Below, one piece after another: positions 11,496 to 27,010 of a stretch of 64,000 nt of DNA. Under the pieces are notes generated by a model that made no database searches, was not told where the DNA came from, and saw nothing but the letters and a program-made list of their open reading frames with translations. The DNA lies in assembly GCA_951406725.2 (NCBI GenBank), contig OX597825.1, positions 30,938,001 to 31,002,000 of the forward strand. The letters are read 5' to 3'. A program made the position numbers and the translations under genes. Source of the stretch: Octopus vulgaris. Its lineage: Eukaryota. Position 1 is the first letter of the stretch. Every line of letters begins with the position of its first letter.

Positions 11496-12594
11496 TGAGC
11501 CCTGTGTGACAAATGTAGAGATGGTTGTTGTCTCTGCCACTATTGTTAATTCCACCATTAATACCATTACAGTTACTTTAATCTTGCCATTACAGCATTG
11601 TTCATCGCTAGTGTCTTGATCTGTATCGTTGTGACTAACCTTTGAAGTCAAGGCAACAGTATAACCGTTATTTAGTTAAATCTGCAATCTCTGCTCCTAC
11701 TACTGTGTGGTATTATTAAATATCTAGTTTCAACATTTGTCTTGCACTTGAGATAATCCAAAATATGTGAAGTTTGAAGCTGATAATAGGAGGAAGGAAG
11801 GCAGTTTGGTGAATGGATCAAATTACAATTGGTCTGTAAAAAGGAGAGCAACAATGGGGGTTTTGCATTCCTGTGCGATCAAGGAACAAAAGAAGCCCCT
11901 CTTGCAGTCAGCAGAGGGCAAATGTGTTTACTACAACTAGCAATCAATGAGAGCACTGACCTTGACCTTGGAAAGAACCAATTCACCTTGTTCTGTTTTA
12001 ATTACTGATAGAAAAAATTATATATATATACATGCACACACACACTGATATTTACATCATTGGATTTTTGAATTTTTTGAATTTTCCTTTTCTTCTTATA
12101 GGTTTTGCTGTGGTTTACAGTTTTTGTAATTGCACAATTTGTATATATTAGCAGGTACTTATTTCCGTAATTTTTATCATGCAAATGAGTAAAATTTTCA
12201 GGGAAAATTGTAGATATTAAAGCTTTTAAATTTTCTGAAGATGATCATTTGTATATCTGACCAGAGAAAACTGTAGTGTTCTTGCAATAAAAAGGATGTT
12301 TACATTTTCAGATATTCAGGGAGAAAGAAAAGGATAGGTATTCAGAGAAGTTGTAGATATTAAAGTTTTAAAATATTTAAAGATGATCGTTTGTGTGTTC
12401 ATCCAGAGAAAACAGTGGATATGTAAGTTTTAAACTTATTTTGAGAGAAATTTAAAATCCCCAAGAAATTGTAGATGTGCCGGTTTTTGAGAGTTATTTT
12501 TCAGTTGTTCTGCTGGGTTGTATTAGTATTTCTGTCTTAGGCTGTGACTGGTCAGAGAAGTGAAGAACATGTGCAGCTGCTGTCATTATTGTTG

Positions 12595-12685
<91 letters not shown>

Positions 12686-12687
<2 letters not shown>

Positions 12688-14518
12688 GTTTAGTTTTTAC
12701 ACTGTGTTTGTACAAGTTGACTCCAAGTCTCATCCAGAGATCTCAAGAGACAACAAGTTAGAAGTTCATGTTGGTGTTATGACTAGGATGCTATATATTT
12801 CGTTTTGCACAGAGTATTTGTTCTAGAGAATGTCTGTCAAACTATAAATAAATAAGAAGTTTGTTTTAAAAGTAATTTGATTATAAGATGATAGTCTGAT
12901 GTTAAAATGACAGTACGAGGCGTTTGCTATTATGTACATTTAAAAGTATTTTGGCACTGTTTACAGATTAAAGTATTTTGGGGATTCCATAGACAATATT
13001 TTATGTAGGATATGGGTAGTTCCCATGAGCACTATTTTTTGAATTTCTTCCATTTCTGGATTTCCTGGTATCTGAACTAGGTAGCAATCAGCCTCTTTTG
13101 CTATCATTCCCAGGGCACCCATGACAACAGGTACCGTTTTAGTCTTGAGGTTTCACATTTTGCCAATTTCTATTTCAAGATCTTTATACTTGCTCAGTTT
13201 TTTGTAGGCCTTGACAGATACATTTATGTCGATTGGGACAGTCATATCAATGAGGAGGCATGATTTTTGTCTAAAATCCTTCAATATAATGTTTGGCCTA
13301 TCTGTGTCTATCTTTCTCTCAATTTGAACAATGAAGTTCCAAAGGAGTGAGATGTCATCATTTTCAAGCACTGGCAGTGGTTTGTGTTCCTACCAGTTTT
13401 TATCATGTGGCAGGTCCACATCTTTGCAAATACCCAGTGAATATATTGTACTGCTCTATCATGCCTGTTGAGATACTCTGTGGATGCAAGAAAACTGTAC
13501 ATGGAGACAACATGATCGATGGTTTCATTTTGCTGTTTACATAAATGACATGTTGGGCTACTGCTGTTCTTTAAGCTGTTGTCCTGGTAACTTCTTGTAG
13601 GTGGGCTACTATGATAAACCCTTCTGTCACAGATTTTAAGTCAGGGGTAAGGGCTTTGTCAACATCAGCATTATTAGCACTCTTTGGGTATTTGCCATTG
13701 AGAGGTTTTTCTTGCCATTTATCAATAAGGATATCTAAGGCAGCAGATTTAGCATGGGTTTTCATATGCTTAGCTTTTTCTGTGTTTGTTTCCAGCACAT
13801 CTAATTCTGGGATTTGCTGTATTTGGAATTCACTTACATATTTCTTTGCCTGTTTTGTCATTATGTATGATGTTTTCTTGTTTTCATGCTTTAAGACAAG
13901 TTTTAACATCCAGTCATCAGAATTTTTCAGGTAGGTGTTTAGCCAACTGTGGCAATATTCAGTGCTACCTTGACTGGCTTCTGTGCCGGTGGCACGTAAA
14001 AGGCACCAACCAATCATGGCTGCTGCCAGCCTCACCTGTGCTGGTGATACGTAAAAAGCACCCACCACACTTTTGGAGTGGTTGGCGTTAGGTAGGGCAT
14101 CCAGCTGTAGAAACACTGCCAGATCAGACTGGAGCCTGGTGCAGCCTCCTGGCTTCCTAGACCCCGGTCGAACCGTCCAACCCGTGTTTGCATGGAAAAC
14201 GGACATTAAACGATGATGATGATGATGAATTCCAGTTGTAAAAGTCTGCAGCCACCCTCCTTGCTTGGCAGGTAAAATCATTCTGTATTTGCCTTAGGGT
14301 GGTCCATTATATTGCATTTTTGACAATTTTCGTAATTTTTTGTCAAGATTACAGACTTCAGTAATAATATTGAGAAAGTAAGTCATGATCGGTATGGCGA
14401 AAGTATTGATCACTTCGATCTTGTTTCTTGCATTCAGCTCTGTCTTGAGTATTGCTCTTACCCTGCGATAACATTCTTTTCTGGTATTTTCCCTTATCGT
14501 TAAATGTTTGATTCCATA

Positions 14519-14520
<2 letters not shown>
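12686..14520 (-). mobile_element. 5'-truncated R4/Dong-type LINE (post-RT region, CCHC finger, restriction-like endonuclease, 3' UTR) between two (TAA)n tracts
   Basis: YRRVRAILKTELNARNKI, WQEKPLNGKY, CHLCKQQNETIDHVVS, YLNRHD, LLWNF..DRPNII..CLLIDM.VP.D and KLSKYKDLEIEI, VPVVMGALG; (ATT)n at ~12597-12685 and ~14519-14755. Confidence 0.88.
13951..14228 (+). mobile_element. Family C repeat nested inside the R4/Dong LINE
   Basis: GTGGCACGTAAAAGGCACC...GGCGTTAGGTAGGGCATCCAGCTG...GACATTAAACGATGATG interrupts the LINE reading frame. Confidence 0.85.
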
Positions 14521-17150
<2,630 letters not shown>

Positions 17151-18725
17151 TAGCTACATATTTTGGCAATATTTAACTGGTTCAAAGGAACCCATCAATT
17201 AGGTGTTGGTAGAAGATTAAACCTTATGATTCCGTATGGAAGCAAACCATGACAATATTGCAAGCGTTTGTCGTAGAGAATCATCAAAAACAATAATTTG
17301 TAGGCGTGAATTTAATCAAAGGGCCAGTTTATTGAAGATAGGGGATCGATGGAATATTACATGCAACCAATAGCCCTGCTGATGGATTAATCAATGAATA
17401 AATATGGTTAGCAGCAAAAGAATCACAGGTTATGGTTATGCAATTTATCATTTGTATTAACAGATTAAGCTGTGAAAGAAATTTGTCTGTGGCAGATTCT
17501 GGTGGTGCACTTCCCTGGTATAGTGTGGTGGCTGTGTTGTTGTGGTGGTTATGCTGCAGTAGTTGTGTGGTAATGTGGTTGTTGTCTCCTGGTAATATAC
17601 CGTCGTCAGCTTTATATGATATCATGCTATCTCCTCACATTCTTATGAAATTACTAACCCTCCCATTCCTCCACTCCTATGCTCACCTTATTGTACCTTT
17701 AGAATTTGCTCTGGCACCCTACCATTACTATCTTTATCTCCTCCATCTCCTTTCCAGTTACAGCTACTCACTCTTATATAATGTGGAGTAGCCATGTATC
17801 TCCTCTACAGCAAGACACCTGTGCTTGTGGCTCTGTCATACTTTAACCTTTCAGCACTTGACATAAAGCCACTTCCTTGTCCCTAATACTCCATTGCTCT
17901 TAGTCATGGAGGGTAGGACTTTGCCTTTTTTCTGCTCTTTTTCTGTCTTGCAGCTTACTTGGCAACCTCACTAGTGCTGGTGCCACAAAAAAAAAGCACC
18001 CAAATACACGCTGTAATGTGTTTTGTGTTACGAAGGGCAGCCAACCATAGAAACTATGCCCGCAACTTATGGGATTCTATCAAACAAGCAAAGACATACC
18101 AGCATGGAAAATAGATGTTAAATGATGATGATGATGATTATGATGGTATTATAGTTGATGTTATTCTTTAACCCCAGGTCAAACCTGATCAAGCAGACTT
18201 ATGGTCAAAAGTATTCCAGCTATGACTCATTACAAGATCGTGGTCAAAATAATGCACTGAGGTCCTTACACAACCAACAACATAAACAGATTAGTAATGT
18301 GTATCTTAGAACCTTGAGGTCCCTATTTACTAGCCAACTATGCAGTGTACCCTTTACATGCCTTCAGATGGCCTTGACTCTGACTATTCTATTTTCCTTC
18401 AATATACAGGAAACTAATTAACATCTAATGTTTTCTTTTCTGTGATGGTAACAGTTAATTTTAGGAGAATTTGGCTGCTTTTTCTAGCATATTAAACAAT
18501 GATGAAGATCAGTGGTTTTCAACTGAGGTCCATATCTACAGCTGGATTCCAACTACTCCAAGAATGTAATGGGTGCCATTAGCATGGCACCAGCAATGAA
18601 TACTATTTACAAGTACCATTTACATGGCACTGCCAACAACATATATATATATATATGTATATATGTATATATATAGTGCAATAATAATGACATGGAGAGG
18701 TGGTGTAGTGATACAATATGGTGTG

Positions 18726-19665
18726 CTTGTTCATCATATTCCTCCAAGCAATAACAGAGGAATTCAAGACACGCTGCCCCTGGGAGCTCCTCTATGTTGA
18801 TGACCTTGCTCTTATAGCTGAATCACTACTTGAACTAGAGAAGTTCCAGGTATGGAAGCAAGGTCTAGAATCTAAGGGCCTTAGAGTTAACCTAGCAAAA
18901 ACCAATGTCTTAGCAAGTAGGAAGGCAGACAAATCTGATGGTCTGCTTGATCTGTAGTAAAAAGGTGTAGGTAGAAAATCCATAAGATGCAGCAAGTGTA
19001 AACTTTGGACACATAAATGATGCAGCAATATCAGAGGAAGGTTAACAAGGAAACTAACTTTTGAATGTGGAAGATGCATAGGTACAATAAATGCTGAAAA
19101 TGTGCAGAAAATAGACTCCATCAACTGGCAGGTGGGTAAGCTAGAGGTAGTAGATAGCTTCTGTTAACAAGGTGACCAAGTTAGTAGTGGAGGTGGATGC
19201 TATGAGAATGTAGCTGTGAGAATAAGATTAAGATGTTTAGAGTTCAGAGAGCTTCTACCCCTGCTGGTAACAAAGAACCTCATGCTCAGAGTGAAAGGCA
19301 GATTGTTTGATGCCTGTGTGTGAACAGCTATGCTGCATGGCAGTGAAACATGGGCGGTGACACCTGAGGACATGTGTAGGCTTGAAAGAAATGAAGGCAG
19401 TATGCTTTGCTTGATGTGCAATGTCAGTGTGCAAGAGAGATGACTGCACTGGTATGATCATGTGATGCATATGGACGAGAATAGCTGTGTAATGAAGTGC
19501 CGATGTCTAACCGTGGAGGGAACCTGTGGTAGAAGTAGACCCGAGAAGACATAGGATGAGGTGGTGAAGCATCTTTGAACTTTGAGTCTCACAGAGGCAA
19601 TGACTAGTGACTGAGACCTTGGGTGATGTGCTCAGCTTGAGAGGACCCATGAAACCAAGTGCTGC
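18726..19665 (+). pseudogene. RTE-like LINE fragment (RT C-terminal half), disrupted
   Basis: QAITEEFKTRCPWELLYVDDLALIAES (YADD-like), GLRVNLAKT, Cys-rich insert, FRELLPLL..RVKGRLFDACV*TAMLHGSETW; multiple stops. Confidence 0.85.
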
Positions 19666-19732
19666 AATGTCCTGCAAATTCCACACAGCCTTGACTTTGT
19701 TGTTTCATTTTATTTAACACACACACTCACAC

Positions 19733-19765
<33 letters not shown>

Positions 19766-19889
19766 TGTATGTATGTATGTATGTATGTATGCATGCATGT
19801 ATGTATGTATGTATGTATGTATGCATGTATGTATGCATGCATGCATGTATGTAGAGAGAGAAACAGGGAGAGAGAGATGTGTGTATGTG

Positions 19890-20110
19890 GGTGTCTTCTT
19901 ATCTTAACATTGTGTGATAGTTGTAAATGATTGTCACTGTCAGAGAAGTGTCATTCAATACCAGTATCCTGCTGGAACATGTCTAGCCTTGAGGAAATAT
20001 CTTGCTTTGAAACAAAACAAGTGAGGGTTCGCATCAAGAAGGGCATCCAGCTGTAGAAAATCTGCCTCAATAAAAAAACTGAATCAAACCAATGCAAGCA
20101 TGGAAAAGTG
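19890..20110 (+). mobile_element. Older SINE body ending in the family C-like tail
   Basis: GAAGGGCATCCAGCTGTAGAAAATCTGCCTC...ATGCAAGCATGGAAAAGTG; related copies at ~30725-30945, ~35870-36090, ~48495-48750, ~59550-59810 (minus) and ~60700-60890. Confidence 0.7.
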
Positions 20111-20841
20111 TGTCTCTGTGTAGGTTGTCTTATCAACAAGAAATAACAACCAAATTTCACTCAAATTATATGCTACAGTCTTCTACAAGAGAAAAGACAT
20201 TTGATAACAGATTTCTTATTATACTTGATATTCTTAGATATGCAGAGAATGTGGAAGAATAGTCTAAAAGCAAAATGGCATAGAAGCCAGCATGGGAAAT
20301 ATGAACTACTAATTAGTAGCAAGGAACACAAAAACTCGGTGTTATCTTGGAAGTGGATTTGATCAATATGCAGAAAGGATGTTGATAAGAATTTGTTACT
20401 TTGCACTCAATGGAAAAATTCAATACTGCCAAAAGCCACCAGTATCTTTAACAGACTGACAAAGAATCAGGACAGGCACAAGAGCAGACAGTAGTTAGAA
20501 TTTATGAAATGAAGTCCATGAACTGTTCAGGTATCTCAGTAAAGATAGGAGATTTGTGTAATCTAAGAATCAGAATTAGTTTTTGAGAAGGCATCAACTG
20601 AGTCTCAGCAAGAAATAACAGGCAAATCTTACTCAAATCACATGCTAGTCTTCTAAATGGAAGAACACATTTGATAACGAATTTCTGATTATACTTGACA
20701 TTTTTAGATATGTAGAAGACATGGCTGTGTGGTTAAAAAGCTTGCTTCACAACCACACAGTTTCAGTTCAATCCTACTGTACAGCATCTTGGACAGACAT
20801 GTGAGTGAATTTGGTGAACAGAACTAGTGTGAAAGAAGCTC

Positions 20842-20875
<34 letters not shown>

Positions 20876-21449
20876 CACACGCATGTGTGTGTGTGTAGTC
20901 ATGCATGTCTTTATGTTTGCATTTGTTTCATTGATGCTTAATAATCAGTGTTGATTTATTTATGTCCTCATAACTTGGCAGTTATAGAATAGTACCAGAC
21001 TTAAAAATAAGTACAGAGGGTTGTTTCATTCAATTAAAACCCCTTCAAGATGGTGCCCCGTCATGGCTGCAGTCCAATGACTGAAACAAGTAAAGGATAA
21101 AAAAAAAGGGGGTCAAAATTGTGATGCCATGTTTGAAAATAAACCAGAATGGCCACAGCTGATATTTTCTTTGACTGTATGGCCTGATCAATAAAAGATG
21201 ATCTGGGACTAAACAATGCAACAACAACAACAATTAAAAGTGAAAGTAGAGTAATGGGTGTAAGAAAGAGGAGGAAATTCAGTGATTTTGTACCTTTGTT
21301 GGTGATAAAAGATGTATCCTTGGTGTGGAATTAGACTGAAAAGCCTGTGTAAAAGGTGTTTGTTTTCATGCAAAGCAGAGAGGCACAGGTATTGAGAATG
21401 GAGGACTTGTAGAGGCTGGAGAGAAACAAGTCAGATGTCATCTATATAG

Positions 21450-22575
21450 TGTTAAACATGGTAAATATAGACACGCTGGTAAACATTAATAATACTGGTA
21501 AACATTGAAAGCAGGTTATCGTTGGAAAGCTGGTAACAATAGAAAGGCAGGTTATCACTGAAAAAACTAGTAAACACTGCAAAGCAAGTAAACATTGAAT
21601 GGATGAAAAAAAAAACAAAAAAAACTTGTAAACATTGAAAGACTGTTAACCATAGAAAGACTGGTTAACATTGTAAAACTGGTAAACACTGAAAAGCTGG
21701 TACACATAGACAAGCTTATTATCACTGGAAGGCTGGCAAACATTGATAAGCATTATAAGCATTGATAACATTAAAAGGTGAGTAAACAATGGGATATTAT
21801 TTAACATTGAAAGATGGATAAACATTGTAAAGCTGGTTAACATTGAAAACCTGGTTAACATTGAAAGGCTGATTAATGTTGAAAGGTTGGTAAACACTAA
21901 TTGTCTGGTTAACTTAGAAACACTGGTAAACACTAAAAGATTGGTTAACATTTGAAGTCTAACAAACGTTGAAAACCTGGTTAACATTGAAAACCTGGTT
22001 AACATTGAAAGGCTGGTTAATGTTGAAAGGTTGGTAAACACTAAATGTCTGGTTAACTTAGAAACACTGGTAAACACTAAAAGATTGGTTAACATTTGAA
22101 GACTAACAAACGTTGAAAACCTGGTTAACATTGAAAGGCTGGTTAATGTTGAAAGGTTGGTAAACACTAAATGTCTGGTTAACTTAGAAACACTGGTAAA
22201 CACTAAAAGATCGGTTAACATTGGAAGACTAACAAACATTGTAAAGTTGGTTAACGTTGAAAACCTGGTTAACATTGAAAGGCTGGTTAATGTTGAAAGG
22301 TTGGTAAACACTAAATGTCTAGTTAACTTAGAAACACTGGTAAACACTAAAAGACTGGTTAACATTGGAAGACTAACAAACATTGTAAAGTTGGTTAACG
22401 TTGAAAACCTGGTTAACATTGAAAAGCTGGTTAATGTTGAAAGGTTGGTAAACACTAAATGTCTAGTTAACTTAGAAACACTGGTAAACACTAAAAGACT
22501 GGTTAACATTGGAAGACTAACAAACATTGAAAGGCTGTTAACATTAAAATGCTGGTTAACATGAAAATATCTGGT
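21450..22575. repeat. 18-bp minisatellite (consensus ~AACATTGAAAGGCTGGTT) with an 8-monomer, 144-bp higher-order repeat
   Basis: About five higher-order copies over ~21821-22520, one lacking a monomer; degenerate monomers on the left; matches the 48-aa period of ORF 21646-22527. Confidence 0.95.
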
Positions 22576-23984
22576 TAGTTTTCTGACAAAGCAGGAACAG
22601 CATTTATTCTAAGGACCCAGCTACAGTTAGAGAAACCCGAAGGAAATGAGTGGAATACACAAAGAACATGTGGTGGAGAAACCTTAACTGTAGTGTTTAT
22701 TTCATGTGTTACCTTTGAAAGAAGTTTACCATTTCTCTATGAGCATCTGTGTCTGCATGAAAAAGGCCTGTTTTTGGTGATGTCTGAATCAACGTCACTA
22801 ATACAGAGGGCAAGTGAAAGCATATAATGTTGTATTATGATGCAAGGAAAGCAACTGTTTCTTCAGTCAAAACTACAGAAGCATTTGTTTGATGTTCATG
22901 GGAAGAGGGGTTAAACAACAGTCTAAGGAACCTTGAGGATTTGAGAAAATTAGGAAGATTCTTTGTGATCACTTGAGTAGAAATAACAGTTGGATTTACC
23001 TAAGCACATGTCCTGCTACCTTGAAAATAAATGAAGACCCGCTGTAGTCACAAATACAATATGCAGACCTCCCTACAACCCTAAAATATAGGATGGCCAT
23101 GGATGGAATATTTTTGGTCACAAACCTGTTCAATCTGAGCTGACAACAACAGAAATACCAATGTCAGGAAACTTTTATATTGAAAAAAAAATGTTATGGA
23201 CACAAAGAGAATTTACAGAAATATCAAAACTTTGCAGACAAGTGCAACCCTATGTGTTAATATGAACAAACATTTACAAAACCAAGGAAAGATTAAATAA
23301 TAATATAAAATCAAGTTTATTTCAATAATCTGAAAAACATCAATACTTTTTTTATATTTATTTATTTTTGTTTTTGGTTTTAGTTTTATATACTGTATAG
23401 GAAAAACATTAAGAATAAAAAAACCAAAACAAAAAACAGAGAAAGTATTTAACAGACTTATAGTAAAAGGCAATAAATAAATAACTTCTCCTGGGATTTT
23501 TGGCATTTATGAAGAATAATTCTGGTGAGTATTAAGTTAGGTTAAACAATGACTGTGAAAATATAGTGGACTCATTTGAAATGCCAATATTAAGACAAAA
23601 GAAATAAAAGAAAAGAAAGAAAAAAGGTAATTATTTACTTTGTGATTTGACTTGGGTTTGTTTTCTAAAATTATATATTTTTTATTTCATTTTATTTTTA
23701 CTTTATTATTTTGTATATATTTTATTCATATTTATTTATTTTCTTTTTTTTCTTTTTGGTTTTTCTTCACCGTTTCCTCAGACAAGATAGTTTGTTAATC
23801 TGCTGAGATTTAAATGACCAATAGTTTGAGATTCCTGATGATGAAATTATTGATATTATATATATCAGAACTGTTATTATCACATCCAGCTAATAGGAAA
23901 ATGAGAGAGAAATGACAAAACACTTAACTACACACACACACACAAGCATAAACACTCACAAATATACATATATATATATATTCT

Positions 23985-24302
23985 TTTATTCTTTTATTTG
24001 TTTCAGCTATATGACTGCAGCCATGCTGGAGCACCATCTTTAGTCAAACAAATCAACCACAGAACATATTGTTTGTAAACCTAATACTTATTGAATTGGT
24101 CTCTTTTGCCAAACTGCTAAGTTACAGGGATGTAAACATATAGACATTGGTTGTCAAACGATGATGCGCATCCAGCTGTAGAAACTCTGCCAGATCAAGA
24201 TTGGAGCCTGATGCAGCCATCTGGTTTGCCAGTCCTCAGTCAAATCGTCCAACCCATGCTAGCATGGAAAGCGGACGTTAAATGATGATGATGATGATGA
24301 TG
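23985..24302. mobile_element. SINE A 3' half (minus) abutting a family C tail (plus)
   Basis: TTGTTTCAG...GCAGCCATGCTGGAGCACC..., then CATCCAGCTGTAGAAAC...GGACGTTAAATGATG. Confidence 0.75.
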
Positions 24303-25832
24303 ATATATACATACACATATATATATATATATATATATACACATGAAAGGTGGTGAGCTGGCAGAATCATTAGCATGCAGGACAAAATTCTGCTAAGCAT
24401 TTTGTCCATCTTTTCATTCTGAGTTCAAATTCTGCTGAGGTCAATTTAGTCTTTTATCTATATGGGGGTCAATGAATCAATGAAATAAGAACCATTTGAG
24501 TAATGGAATCAATGAACTAGCTAACTCCTAAACTAATAAAGAATATTTTCAGGCATTATGCCTATAGAAGGATTATATATCTCTTATTATAAAAGGCAGA
24601 TTTTATCTGCCTCCCTTTGTCACTTATAGAAATCTACAATATAGGATTTCTTCAATTACAATTTACCTAGCATTTTTAAGAGTAGAATGCATCGGGTCAT
24701 GCCAGGTCCAGTTTTTAAAATTTCAACCCCAATTAAGCAAAATTTAGAGAAAACTCACATTGTGGTGTATGAGTCAAATGCTTCTCTTAATGTGGGCTAC
24801 AGCACTCGCACACACACACACACACAAAAAGGGAGCGATCTTATTCACTCACGCTATCACTCATTTCTACGACTTTCTCTTTGCAAGTTTGCAGCGATTA
24901 AAGTGAAACTAATTCGATAAAACAAGAGAAGTGTACCTTAAACCACTACTAAAAAAAAAAAAAAACAGCAAACAGAAACAAATAAATACATAACGATTTA
25001 CTCCTCACACAATTTCTTCAATTAGAGTGTACCCATGATTTTTCAGAGTACTTCCAGTGGGTGATGCCATAAAAAATTTCTTTCAATTTTACCACCAATT
25101 AAGACAAAATTCGAGAAAACTCAATATTTTAACATTTCACTCCGAAAGCATTGATGTACATGTGTGCGTGCGTGAGTGTGTGTGTGTCATTCCTCACACA
25201 CACGCATACACATACATATATGAGAGTGGCAAACACAAACGTTTCAAACAACTACATACAAACACGTGTGTGTTTGTTATTAGTAAAAAAGGCGCCAAAA
25301 CACAACTCACTTATCATTCCAACACATTTGCAAAGACACACGGACGGTCGAATTGCTATAACAATACAGAAAAGGTAAATTGGTTTTTATTTTACTCTGT
25401 ATATATTTTATTATATAATATTATATATAGATATATGTATATATAATTGCAGTATGAAACAGTGTTTATGTATAAACAGACGACACTTATATATAGTTAT
25501 TAATAAATGTATGCATCCGTTTAACACTTTCGTTACCAAACCGCCCGAATTTACCTATTCATATTTAAATGAGAATATCAGAGTAAATCTCTTTAGTACA
25601 TTCGTGAAAACACGTATTATACTTCGTAAACACTTCAAATACAGTTTTGTACAAAAATCGAAGTGTAATTTTAATTCCGTAAATTATGGGAGATTTTTTT
25701 CCGAAATTTGTTCCTATTGTGTTTTCAAAATTTGGATACGAATTTCATTATATCAAGCAGCGAGTCAGAATTCGAAGGATTTTCTACTGAAGACCTTCAT
25801 AAATCTAACTCTATGACTGAAAAAAAAAAGCA

Positions 25833-26227
25833 TCTTTATATAAGAGTGAAGTTGTGTGTCTGTCTCCTACGATTTAGATTCGTAACTACTCCCACATTTT
25901 GCGATGCAGTTTAACCAAAAGCGGGTATCTTATAGTCGTGATTCATATCGAGCCCTTCTGGGTATTAGCACGCGTCTACGATGAGTCTACGATTTAAAAA
26001 AAATTTACCATCATATTTTTCCATTTTAATGCATTTTTTTCGCTTTTATATAAGGGAAGTAACTCTCTAAAAATATCTACGATGTGTCAACGATTTAAAA
26101 AAAAATTTACCTTAATTTTTTTTCAATTTTTAATGCATTTTTTTGCTATTTTTTGGCTATAACTCTCTAAAAATGCTTATATAGTTATTTCCCTTACAAC
26201 CTGGGCAACGCCGGGCGATACTGCTAG
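25833..26227 (+). mobile_element. Non-autonomous Helitron-like element
   Basis: 5' A|TCTTTATATAA; 3' GC-rich hairpin CCTGGGCAACGCCGGG about 8 nt before CTAG|T; no TSD; CpG-rich relative to flanks; internal duplication of CTACGATG.GTC.ACGATTTAAAAAAAATTTACC. Confidence 0.75.
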
Positions 26228-26624
26228 TATATATATATATATATATTACATGTGTATCATATATACCATATATATGTGTTTGTGTATATTGATGTATGTT
26301 TATGTATGTGTATGTAGCATCATCATCATTCCAGGTCTGCTTTCCAGGCTAGCATGGATTAAAAGGTCTGACAAGATTCCACAGATTGGAGGAAACACAT
26401 CTTGCTCTGGCATCTCAGTTTCAGCCTGGTCTATATGGGTGAATGCTCCTTTCCTAATATAAATCACTTTACAGAGTGTAGTGGCTGCATTTTATAATTT
26501 TTTGCTTTGTGGCACCAGCACTGGTGAGGTCACCTTGTAACATGTAAGACTAAAGAGACCATCTAACTGAGAGGGAGACAAGTAGGAAGGGAGGTGGTTC
26601 TGAGGCAATACGTTCAGAAAGGTG

Positions 26625-27010
26625 TAGGAGTGGCTGTGTGGTAAGTAGCTTGCTTACCAACCACATAGATCCGGATTCAGTCCCACTACGTGGCACCTTG
26701 GGCAAGTGTCTTCTACTATAGTCTCGGGCTGAACAAAGTCTTGTGAGTGGATTTGGTAGACGGAAACCGAAAGAAGCCCGTCGTATATATGTATATATGT
26801 GTGTGTGTGTGTGTATGTTTGTGGGTCTGTGTTTGTCCCCCCAACATCGCTTGACAACCGATGCTGGTGTGTTTACGTCCCTGTAACTTAGCGGACCAAT
26901 AGAATAAGTACTAGGCTTACAAAGAATAAGTCTTAGGGTGAATTTGCTCAACTAAAGGTGGTGCCCCAGCATGGCCACAGTCAAATGACTGAAACAAATA
27001 AAAGAGTAAT
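26625..27010 (+). mobile_element. SINE family A, near full length
   Basis: GGAGTGGCTGTGTGGTAAG head, central (TA/TG)n, tail CCAGCATGGCCACAGTCAAATGACTGAAACAAATAAAAGAG. Confidence 0.9.

Noticed and set aside
13571-14281. 236-aa ORF as a real gene
   Set aside because: Chimera of LINE sequence and an antisense family C insertion
20137-20715. ~108-bp diverged direct repeat 472 bp apart as an LTR pair
   Set aside because: No TG...CA ends, PBS or TSD; resembles an old interspersed repeat also seen near 540, 22980 and 60920
21821-22520. Regular repeat considered as a CRISPR-like array
   Set aside because: Contiguous tandem monomers with no unique spacers, eukaryotic context and no cas genes
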